Program-made: the position numbers and the translations under genes
Part shown: one piece after another, positions 24,977 through 32,000 of the stretch
Layout of the letters: the number at the start of each line of letters is the position of its first letter
Numbering within the stretch: the stretch's first letter is position 1
Source: Candidatus Synechococcus calcipolaris G9
GTDB taxonomy: Bacteria; Cyanobacteriota; Cyanobacteriia; Thermosynechococcales; Thermosynechococcaceae
Reading direction: 5' to 3'
Length of the DNA stretch: 32,000 nucleotides
Assembly (NCBI RefSeq): GCF_029582805.1
Contig: NZ_JAKKUT010000002.1
Coordinates: forward strand, 1,886,942 to 1,918,941
The notes under the pieces: generated by a model
What the model saw: the letters and a program-made list of their open reading frames with translations, nothing else
The model's database searches: none
Told to the model about the DNA's origin: nothing

Positions 24977-26356
24977 TTAGAGCGTAAAATTAAAGTCTGC
25001 CACGAGCATTCCCGGAACTAAGCTGCCCCCTAGGGATCGGCGTTCATAGGTATCTGTATGGGGAATCCATTCCGTCTCATCGGTTAAATTGATTAAGCTT
25101 TCGCCCCAAAAGCGATACAGGCTCTCATCAAATCGTAGGTCTTGAATGGGGGCAATAATTTCTCCCTTTTCCACCCAGAAGCAGGCATAGCGGGTCATGC
25201 CGGTCATGAATCCCTTGGGGCGATCGCTCCAGTTGAGGTAGTGTAAATTACTCAGGTATAGTCCCGTATCTAGGGCGGTCAAGATGTCTTGGTTTGCCAG
25301 AGTTCCCGGCAATAGCTGCGGCGATCGCAGACTTTCGCTAGTATTGGCTCCATTGGAAACCAATTGGTACTCCTCGGCAGTGCGGCGATTGATTAAAAAG
25401 GTTTTGAGGATTCCCTGCTCAATAATGGCTAACTCCATGGGGGCGATCTCTCCTTCCGAATTAAAGCGAGGTACCGTACCCTGGCTAAAATTTTCCTGAA
25501 GCGTGATCAGCGGGGATAGATGTTGCCCCTGGGTGAGCGGGAATAGGGCACTTTGGCCCTGGCGCAAGGAGCTTTCACTGACGGCTCCCCAGGAGAGCAT
25601 TCCCACAAGTTCAGCGGTGGCGGCCGGAGCCAGATAGGTACGATACCGGCCCGGGGGCAGGATTTTCACGGGTTCTTCCAGTTGGCGAAGTTGATAGCGG
25701 CCCCGTTTCAGTTGCTCGGCATACTGTTCAGGCTGCCATTGGCTTCCCGCTAGGGTGGCTTTTACGGCCTTTCCTGCTGCGGTAAAGAGAGAATAATCTA
25801 GGCAATAGGTTGTTGTCGCAAACCAGTGGTGCTGCCCCGCCGAATTATAGTTACCACGAAAAATCGTACCGCCACTATAAATTCCAGTAAAATCCAAATC
25901 TTCAACCCCAGACAACAGCACGTCCACCACTTGATCCGCTGCTAGTAATTGGCCGTGATAGATTTCCTGACTTGAGCCATGATTTTCCGGCGGGGTCAAG
26001 TAGGGGTCCACCGGCAATTGGGCTGTTTCTTGGCGAAGTAGGGTGAGGGCATCTCCTGCTAACTGTTGATCCCTGGGGCGATCGCCGGTAAAGGGAATGG
26101 TTGCTTCGCTGGTGCGTTCTTGGTAACTATATTTCAGGGTGATTGACCCATCCTCAACGGTTCCGATCTGGCGAACACGGGAATGGTTAAAGCGAATAAA
26201 CTGGCTAGTTTCACCCATCACATCCAGGGATAAATGTTCCCCAGGGCTTAACTGACGGATCAGAAATTGAGCAAGCTCTTGACTGGCATCTTCAAGGAAA
26301 TCTAGGGGCAGGGACACGTTGGTCATGGGCAAGTTGGGGGATGGGTGGAGAAACAT
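24977..26356 (-). CDS. TldD/PmbA-family (peptidase U62) metalloprotease
   Basis: 459-aa ORF with HIP1 sites. The C-terminal GFMTGMTRYACFWVEKGEIIAPIQDLRFDESL...LVPGMLVADFNFT matches the PmbA/TldD C-terminal pattern. The start may instead be the second Met (MTNVSLPLD). Confidence 0.7.
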   Translation of the reverse strand: MFLHPSPNLPMTNVSLPLDFLEDASQELAQFLIRQLSPGEHLSLDVMGETSQFIRFNHSRVRQIGTVEDGSITLKYSYQERTSEATIPFTGDRPRDQQLAGDALTLLRQETAQLPVDPYLTPPENHGSSQEIYHGQLLAADQVVDVLLSGVEDLDFTGIYSGGTIFRGNYNSAGQHHWFATTTYCLDYSLFTAAGKAVKATLAGSQWQPEQYAEQLKRGRYQLRQLEEPVKILPPGRYRTYLAPAATAELVGMLSWGAVSESSLRQGQSALFPLTQGQHLSPLITLQENFSQGTVPRFNSEGEIAPMELAIIEQGILKTFLINRRTAEEYQLVSNGANTSESLRSPQLLPGTLANQDILTALDTGLYLSNLHYLNWSDRPKGFMTGMTRYACFWVEKGEIIAPIQDLRFDESLYRFWGESLINLTDETEWIPHTDTYERRSLGGSLVPGMLVADFNFTL

Positions 26357-26379
26357 TTAATCACTTTAGCGTAACCACT

Positions 26380-26751
26380 TTAGCGCGGCCCCAGGGCATT
26401 CAAAACCAAAAATTGGCCAAACAGGCCCAGAGTCCAGATGGATTGCACGGGCAACTCTGTGACGAAAAGACTGGCAACTCCAAGATTATAGTGACGGGTA
26501 TTGTAGGCAATGTAATCCTCAATCTCGCGGGTGTTGCCCTGGGAAAGGGCCTGGCACCCTTCTTGGAGAAAACTGGCGATCGCCGTTGGATTTTTGTGTA
26601 ATCCTGGACAGACCTCCCGAATGAGTAATGAGGCAATTTCCTCACTGGCGGTGGATTGATAGTGTTCTAGGGTGGGATTGGTCAGCCCCGCAACCAGGCC
26701 GACACCGATCATCCCGATGCCAGCAAGGATTAGGGTGAGTCTTTTAGGGTT
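26380..26751 (-). CDS. Small membrane-anchored cyanobacterial protein (DUF4359-like)
   Basis: The start is probably MNPKRLTLILAGIGMIGVGLVAG, an N-terminal TM segment. The ORF track extends to 26793. The DUF label comes from memory only. Confidence 0.45.
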   Translation of the reverse strand, partial: NPKRLTLILAGIGMIGVGLVAGLTNPTLEHYQSTASEEIASLLIREVCPGLHKNPTAIASFLQEGCQALSQGNTREIEDYIAYNTRHYNLGVASLFVTELPVQSIWTLGLFGQFLVLNALGPR

Positions 26752-26834
26752 CATTCTGGGCAGGCAGGTAGAAAAAATTGACCACAGGGGCATGAAAGCA
26801 AGGGTGATATGCTCTAAAATTAACTTTAGAATAA

Positions 26835-26908
26835 GGCGAGCGTAGCCAAGTGGTTAAGGCAGTGGATTGTGGTTCCACCATTCGTGGGTTCGATTCCCAT
26901 CGTTCGCC
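26835..26908 (+). tRNA. tRNA-His (GUG)
   Basis: Hand-folded cloverleaf. Encoded G-1, acceptor stem GCGAGCG/CGTTCGC (one G-T pair), anticodon stem GTGGA/TCCAC, anticodon loop TTGTGGT (anticodon GTG), T-arm GTGGG-TTCGATT-CCCAT and discriminator C73. The CCA end is not encoded. Confidence 0.9.
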
Positions 26909-26931
26909 CTAATTTTACCTGAAGATGCTAA

Positions 26932-28560
26932 ATGATTAAACGCTGCGATCGCTGGGTTTGGCAACGCTGGATTTCTCTGTTTCTTCTGTTTGTGCTAACG
27001 GCCTGTACACCCTCTTTGGGGGACAGGGCTTTGGGGGATGGGGAGGCTAGGGGGCAAACCGTTGTCATTGGCACAACGGCCCGATTGCGTACCCTGGACC
27101 CAGCGGATGCCTACGAAGTCTTGGCGGGAACTTTACTTTATAATTTGGGCGATCGCCTCTATACCTATAAAAGCGGGACCACCGAACTGATTCCCCAGCT
27201 GGCTACGGCCCTACCGGAGGTGAGCGAGGATGGCTTGACCTATCGGATTCCCCTGCGCCAAGATGTCACATTCCATGATGGGACTCCCTTTAATGCCGCC
27301 GCAATGGTTTTTTCCCTGAAGCGTTTTATGGAGAGTGGGGGCCAACCTTCGGCCCTACTAGCGGGCAAAATTGCCGAGATCAGGGCGATCGCTGACTATG
27401 ACCTAGAACTACGCCTGACCCAACCCTTTGTTGCCCTGCCAGAACTCTTAACCTTTAGTGGTCTCTGTGCCGTTTCCCCCACTGCCTATGGTGATCAGGA
27501 AACCTTTCTTCCCACCCAGTTTGTGGGTACGGGGCCCTTCCGCCTCGTTTATTATGGTACCGATAGTATTCGCCTGGAACCGTTTCAAAACTATTGGGGC
27601 GAACCGGCCCAAAATCCAGGGGTGAGTATTCAAATTTTCTCTAGCAGTGCCAACCTCTACAATTCCTTCCGCACAGGTTCCATTGATATAGCGGCGGGAG
27701 CCTTAGATCCCAATCAAATTAAAGCCCTAAGTCAGCAACAGAGCGACCATCCCTGGCGGGAGATCACGGGATCCGGCAATATTATTTCCGTTCTGAGCAT
27801 TAATTTACGCCAACCGCCCTGGGATCAACAGCCCGCCCGACAGGCCCTAGCGGCAAGTATTAATCGTCAACGACTACAGGAGCGAGTTTTTCTGGGGCAA
27901 GCGGAACCCCTCTATTCGTTGGTTCCCACGATTTTTCCCGCCAGCCAACCCGACTTTCAGCAGTACGGCCCAACCACGCCGGAAACGGCCCAACGGTGGA
28001 CGACCCAGGCTGGTTTTTCCGGCGATCGCCCCCTGGTTGTCAATCTTTGGTATCGGGCCAATGTGCCCAGTAATGTTTTAGCCGCCACGGTTCTCAAGGC
28101 TTCCCTAGAGCGGGATTTAGGTGATCTGGTGCAGGTGCAACTGGATAGTTCCGAGTCTGCTACCATTTACCGAAACTTGGATACGGGGGCCTATCCCCTA
28201 GTGCTATTGGACTGGTATGGTGATTTTTTTGATCCAGATAATTATCTAGAACCCTTTTTAAGTTGTGATGCGGGTTCGGCAACCGATGGCTGTACCAGTG
28301 GGGCCAGTTTTGCCTGGGGATCCTTTTTCTATAGCCCCGAAGCCAATCAACTCATTGATCAAAGCCGAACGGAAGCTGATCCAGACCGCCGTAATGCCCT
28401 CTTCCAGGCCTTGCAACAACTGAATGCGGAGCAGGTTGCTTTCATTCCGTTGTGGGAAAATAAAAATCACCTATTTGCCCAGGAGAACATTGAGGGTTTA
28501 CAGCTAGAAGTAACCCAATCCTTTGCCTTCTCAACGCTTTCCAAGCAACCCACCCCATGA
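26932..28560 (+). CDS. ABC transporter substrate-binding lipoprotein, family 5 (peptide/nickel type)
   Basis: 542 aa with a signal peptide and lipobox (LFVLTAC). The pattern LDPADAY...YTYK...PQLA...DGLTYRIPLRQDVTFHDGTPFNA is typical of SBP_bac_5 proteins. Confidence 0.85.
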   Translation: MIKRCDRWVWQRWISLFLLFVLTACTPSLGDRALGDGEARGQTVVIGTTARLRTLDPADAYEVLAGTLLYNLGDRLYTYKSGTTELIPQLATALPEVSEDGLTYRIPLRQDVTFHDGTPFNAAAMVFSLKRFMESGGQPSALLAGKIAEIRAIADYDLELRLTQPFVALPELLTFSGLCAVSPTAYGDQETFLPTQFVGTGPFRLVYYGTDSIRLEPFQNYWGEPAQNPGVSIQIFSSSANLYNSFRTGSIDIAAGALDPNQIKALSQQQSDHPWREITGSGNIISVLSINLRQPPWDQQPARQALAASINRQRLQERVFLGQAEPLYSLVPTIFPASQPDFQQYGPTTPETAQRWTTQAGFSGDRPLVVNLWYRANVPSNVLAATVLKASLERDLGDLVQVQLDSSESATIYRNLDTGAYPLVLLDWYGDFFDPDNYLEPFLSCDAGSATDGCTSGASFAWGSFFYSPEANQLIDQSRTEADPDRRNALFQALQQLNAEQVAFIPLWENKNHLFAQENIEGLQLEVTQSFAFSTLSKQPTP

Positions 28561-29321
28561 GTGCCCGCAAGCAGCGTTTAGATCTGCTCTTAGTGGAACA
28601 AAAACTCTGTAATTCCCGCCAACAGGCCCAGGGATTGATCCGGGCGGGGGAAGTGATGGTCAATAATACGGTAGTCGATAAACCGGGAACCCTCATTCCC
28701 ATGGGTGCTCAATTGCGGGTGAAACAGCGATCGCCCTACGTCTCCCGTGGTGGCGAAAAACTGGCCCATGCCCTGAAAACCTTTCCGATTCAGGTGCAGG
28801 ATCGTATTTGCCTAGATGGGGGGATTTCCACCGGCGGCTTTACGGATTGTTTGCTTCAAAACGGTGCAAAGCAAGTCTATGGAATTGATGTGGGTTATGG
28901 CCAGGTGGATTGGACCTTACGCCAGGATCCGCGGGTAATTCTCAAAGAACGGACGAATATTCGCCATCTCCGTCCCGAGCAACTCTATGAGCCCGATCAA
29001 CCCCAACCGGATTTAGGGGTATTGGATCTATCCTTTATCTCCCTGGCTAAGGTGTTGCCCGCAGTATGGGCCCTCCTAAGTCCGCCCAGAGAACTGATTG
29101 CCCTCGTGAAACCTCAATTTGAGGTGGGGCGATCGCAGGTAGGTAAACATGGTGTGGTTAAAGATGCCCACGCTCACCAAGGGGCGATCGCTCAGGTTCG
29201 TCAGGCGGCCGAAGACATTGGCTGGCATTACCAAGATGTGACCCCCTCTCCCCTACTGGGCCCCGCTGGCAATCAGGAATTTTTACTTTGGTTATTGGCG
29301 GAATCTTTGTATTGCACATAA
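28557..29321 (+). CDS. tlyA: TlyA-family rRNA (cytidine-2'-O)-methyltransferase
   Basis: 254 aa. It has an N-terminal S4 domain (RLDLLLVEQKLCNSRQQAQGLIRAGEVMVN), YVSRGGEKL, and the SAM motif LDGGISTGGFTDCLLQNGAKQVYGIDVG. An ATGA overlap links it to the upstream gene. Confidence 0.9.
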   Translation: MSARKQRLDLLLVEQKLCNSRQQAQGLIRAGEVMVNNTVVDKPGTLIPMGAQLRVKQRSPYVSRGGEKLAHALKTFPIQVQDRICLDGGISTGGFTDCLLQNGAKQVYGIDVGYGQVDWTLRQDPRVILKERTNIRHLRPEQLYEPDQPQPDLGVLDLSFISLAKVLPAVWALLSPPRELIALVKPQFEVGRSQVGKHGVVKDAHAHQGAIAQVRQAAEDIGWHYQDVTPSPLLGPAGNQEFLLWLLAESLYCT

Positions 29322-29645
29322 AGGTTTAATAAAGAGAATACAGGGCTGTCGTTTGTTCAACCTCTTTACATCTTTATGACCTAGCAATTCCTGTACAGTA
29401 CGGATATCAAACCATTTTGAAGTAGATGCAGCAACGTTTTCTGTAATTGCAAGATGGGTAAGGAATGCCTCAACCTCTAGTGACCCCATATCTTTGGGGT
29501 GGCGTTTGTTATGAAAAAGGATATAGCGACGAATCCAGGCTACATAGCTTTGTTCAGTGCGGTAGCTATAGTGCTTGAGTCTGATGGCATCGCGGACTTG
29601 ATCTAAGAGTTTCCGCTTGGGATGATCTGGGGGCAAGGACTCCAT
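29292..29645 (-). pseudogene. Decayed integron-type tyrosine recombinase (IntI-like): N-terminal SAM-like domain joined directly to a C-terminal remnant
   Basis: From the ATG at 29645: MESLPPDHPKRKLLDQVRDAIRLKHYSYRTEQSYVAWIRRYILFHNKRHPKDMGSLEVEAFLTHLAITENVAAST, a typical IntI N-terminus. This is followed immediately by DIRTVQELLGHKDVK, the box II region. About 200 aa of catalytic core is absent. After GHKDVK the frame is lost, and TTALYSLY (compare TTMIYTHV) appears in another frame. Confidence 0.75.
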
Positions 29646-30062
29646 GGAAAAATATGCAGTATAACACTCCTTCAATTTGGTGGTATAACTGTGAGAAGTA
29701 AAGGCCTGTAGCATTTTGAGCTTAAAGTGCATATCCGCTTAATTCTGTATATTATTTGCTTTCTACTGCGCTAAAAACCTTGCTTGATATGGGGTTTGAA
29801 CAAAAATGAAGTTTTGTATATCCTAGATATAGCAATTTTTGACACCTGTATATTCATGTGCTAAAATGTTTCGTATCTTTATGAATATAGAGTTTTGGCT
29901 TTCTATTACTAAATTAGCTAGGCTGCTAATCGCTGCCTAATCAATAGTTAGCCGTCTCAATCTTTGAGTCTAGACAGTAAACCAGATCTATTTGAATTAG
30001 GTTATACTTTTGAAATAACAAGGTTGAACTTCCCTTGATTTAATACTAAGAAATCTTTCTTG

Positions 30063-31133
30063 ATGAGTAGAGATGCTGAGTTTGACATTGCGTTGTCATT
30101 TGCAGGAGAAAATCGTTCTTACGTCGATCAGGTCGCAAATCTATTAAGGGATGCAGGTGTAAAAGTTTTCTATGATCTTTTTGAAGAGGCAAACCTCTGG
30201 GGAAAGAATCTTTATGATTATTTGACAGAAATCTATAAAGATAAAGCGCTGTTCACAATTATGTTTGTTTCCGATCATTATGGTCGGAAGTTGTGGACAA
30301 ACCATGAGCGTCAGGCAATGCAGGCACGTGCGTTTCAAGAGAACCAGGAATATATTTTGCCTGCTAGATTCGACAATACTCAAATTCCGGGAATTTTACC
30401 CACCATAGGTTATGTATCTCTTAATAATCGCGATTCAAGTTCATTTGTGGAAGTGATTCTGAAAAAGCTTGTTTATAGTGGTCGAACTGTCCCATCCGAA
30501 TTGATTCGCAAGTCTCTTTTTTCAACCTCCACTATTCCAAAGGTTGATCCAATTAACTCAAAAGTCATAGTAAGGTCTACTGCTGGTGAGCCGATCTATG
30601 GTGCTAGCGTAATTGCGATTGCTGATAATGGCACCACAAAATCTGCATCAACTGATCAAGAAGGTGTTGCGGATTTAATTATTCCCACCCGCAGACTATA
30701 CAAGCTTCTAGTAGCTCACGCATCTTATCCTGGAGCCGTTATCGAATCCTGGGATCCTCATGAAGACGTTGAAGTTCAGTTGTTTCCAGCAGAAAAGATA
30801 GGGTCAGTTATTTGTGAATCTACCTGTTATATAAATGGACTGGCAGGAAGATTAAATCCTATTCTTGATACCAGTAATCGTACTTATCTTTATGCAGACA
30901 ATATCGCCATTGATGGTGGCAAGCAACAACCAGCTACGTTTAGCAATAATGTTCCTTTTGAGTTGGAAGACTGTAATGGTGTAATTATGCAGGTTCGTAT
31001 TTTATATATTCAGAGCCGCACGTCCTTAATTCAATACATTAAGTCTATGCCTGACGACTGCTCACAAGCGGCTGCACTCGGAACAGATTTGAACGCTATG
31101 GGTTATGATTCAAAGTGTTTTGCCGTCCGGTGA
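30063..31133 (+). CDS. TIR-domain protein with a carboxypeptidase-regulatory-like beta-sandwich middle domain and an uncharacterised C-terminal region
   Basis: MSRDAEFDIALSFAGENRSYVDQVANLLRDAGVKVFYDLFEEANLWGKNLYDYL...FVSDHYGRKLWTNHERQAMQARAF...YILPARFDNTQIPG is a bacterial TIR pattern. It retains a Glu in the WTNHE motif (codon at 30306-30308). VIVRSTAGEPIYGASVIAIADNGTTKSASTDQEGVADLII...YKLLVAHASYPG resembles a CarboxypepD_reg fold. The gene is AT-rich and contains no HIP1 site. Confidence 0.8.
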   Translation: MSRDAEFDIALSFAGENRSYVDQVANLLRDAGVKVFYDLFEEANLWGKNLYDYLTEIYKDKALFTIMFVSDHYGRKLWTNHERQAMQARAFQENQEYILPARFDNTQIPGILPTIGYVSLNNRDSSSFVEVILKKLVYSGRTVPSELIRKSLFSTSTIPKVDPINSKVIVRSTAGEPIYGASVIAIADNGTTKSASTDQEGVADLIIPTRRLYKLLVAHASYPGAVIESWDPHEDVEVQLFPAEKIGSVICESTCYINGLAGRLNPILDTSNRTYLYADNIAIDGGKQQPATFSNNVPFELEDCNGVIMQVRILYIQSRTSLIQYIKSMPDDCSQAAALGTDLNAMGYDSKCFAVR

Positions 31134-31201
31134 GCCGCCAGCCGTTAGAAGCTCTGCATACCAGGGGCATTTATCCCCAGAATAAGTTTTAAATAGCAAA
31201 G

Positions 31202-31834
31202 ATGGATTTTATTGAAGAAGCCGGTGCATACGCCTATCTTTTTACATCACGTGAATCTCTCACTCACGGATTCATTAGTGTCTTTGAATATTTGTCGAGA
31301 CTAATGCATCTTAAACAAATGCTCTCTCCTACAAGCCCTTTAAGGGAGCTAATTTTAGAAGAACTCTTTTGGCGACCTCCAGATTTGGAAGGGGATGGTT
31401 TTCGTTTAGAAGATACTGAAATCCAAGACTCAACTACTGAATCAGCAATAAGAGAAAAAGGAGAAGATACCGCTAATTGGATTCAAGGGTATGACGATGG
31501 TTATCTGGAGTTTTTAACCAAGTCTCAGGGTGTACTTGGGGATAAATGGATGTTTCATCAATATGATCATGATCATTTTCCTAGTATTCCTCATGGTCAT
31601 TTGAATAAGCAACACAGCACCAAGCTAGATGCGTATCGAGGCTACACTTACGACACACTAAGCAATAACAAACCCTTGAAACGTGAAAAAAAGCGTTTTA
31701 TCATTGAGTTGTGGAACAATCCTGAGTTTCGCACTTTTGCTATCAGAGCTATAGATTACTATCTAGAATACTTTCCCGCTTTTCAATGGCGAGTCTCGTA
31801 TCCGAGAAGACTTCCTAGAATCAAGCGCGTCTAA
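31202..31834 (+). CDS. Hypothetical 210-aa protein with a His-rich cluster; no recognisable domain
   Basis: This clean ORF starts 68 nt downstream of the TIR gene on the same strand, with similar AT-rich composition. HQYDHDHFPSIPHGHLNKQH (nt 31556-31615) holds six His in 20 residues. No TM segments are evident. Confidence 0.6.
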   Translation: MDFIEEAGAYAYLFTSRESLTHGFISVFEYLSRLMHLKQMLSPTSPLRELILEELFWRPPDLEGDGFRLEDTEIQDSTTESAIREKGEDTANWIQGYDDGYLEFLTKSQGVLGDKWMFHQYDHDHFPSIPHGHLNKQHSTKLDAYRGYTYDTLSNNKPLKREKKRFIIELWNNPEFRTFAIRAIDYYLEYFPAFQWRVSYPRRLPRIKRV

Positions 31835-31909
31835 CAACCCTAGTGCAACGGATTGACCGAAACCGCCTTGTATTGTTGCAAAGTCTCTGGCAACCGCTGA
31901 CTAGGAACG

Positions 31910-31984
31910 TTATGCTGCTTCAGTTTTTTGTTCGGCAGTAAAAGTTCGTCTTGGTTTTTGGGTCATTTGGACATTCTCCTTCAT
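31910..31984 (-). pseudogene. Remnant of an IS3-family-type transposase OrfA N-terminus
   Basis: Own minus-strand translation: (MKENVQ)MTQKPRRTFTAEQKTEAA then a stop. AAGGAG precedes the ATG at 31966. PRRTFTAEQK resembles the start of IS3/IS911-type OrfA HTH proteins, but the ORF terminates after about 18-24 codons. Confidence 0.3.
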
Positions 31985-32000
31985 TGGCGACTCTTGGAGT

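Noticed and set aside
29733-30059. LexA (SOS) box in the integrase-proximal spacer, suggested by the CTGTATATT repeats
   Set aside because: No CTGT-N8-ACAG or cyanobacterial RGTAC-N3-DGTWCB dyad is present. Only the CTGT half-site-like strings occur.
31134-31900. attC-like integron recombination sites: GTTAGAA at 31144-31150 after the TIR gene, GTCTAAC overlapping the stop of the 210-aa gene at 31829-31835, and the TGCAAC...GTTGCA inverted repeat downstream
   Set aside because: The core-like heptamers are isolated. I could not pair each with a complementary R'/R'' and L'/L'' structure at attC-like spacing, and GTTAGAA also violates the terminal Y of GTTRRRY. This is left as a note only.
1-32000. 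Possible CRISPR array suggested by the many recurring GCGATCGC palindromes
   Set aside because: These are dispersed HIP1 octamers inside coding regions. There are no regularly spaced 25-40 bp repeats with unique spacers, so no CRISPR array is present.

Overview
This 32 kb window is a cyanobacterial chromosome segment. The HIP1 octamer GCGATCGC occurs dozens of times in the housekeeping genes. The conserved backbone carries arsS-like (partial), gloA, csbD-like, hisH, cofH, a pentapeptide-repeat protein, hrcA, an MscS-cNMP channel, DoxX, a FutC-like ABC ATPase, an HLIP, a PmbA/TldD peptidase, tRNA-His, a peptide-type ABC substrate-binding protein and tlyA. It also carries a cyanoexosortase gene translationally coupled to a 934-aa multi-TM VIT/vWA protein with a PEP-CTERM tail. 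Several AT-richer, HIP1-poor accessory patches interrupt this backbone. (1) Two back-to-back toxin-antitoxin pairs at 647-1970, one toxin carrying an in-frame TGA. (2) A convergent, 3'-overlapping type II restriction-modification pair at 11855-14029, whose C5-methyltransferase has an N-terminal HTH. (3) A roughly 1.3 kb insert at 19607-20882 encoding an orphan trypsin-like serine protease. It is flanked by about 50-bp imperfect direct repeats and appears to split a thioredoxin-like [2Fe-2S] ferredoxin gene that sits divergently from a cluster of one V4R gene plus two phycobiliprotein-like genes. (4) An island at 29292-32000 holds a decayed integron-type integrase, then on the opposite strand a TIR-domain protein with a beta-sandwich middle domain and a 210-aa His-rich protein with no domain I can recognise, then an IS3-type transposase remnant. 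The TIR two-gene module is my best candidate for an undescribed defence system. All family assignments rest on motifs read by eye from the translations; no database search was possible.
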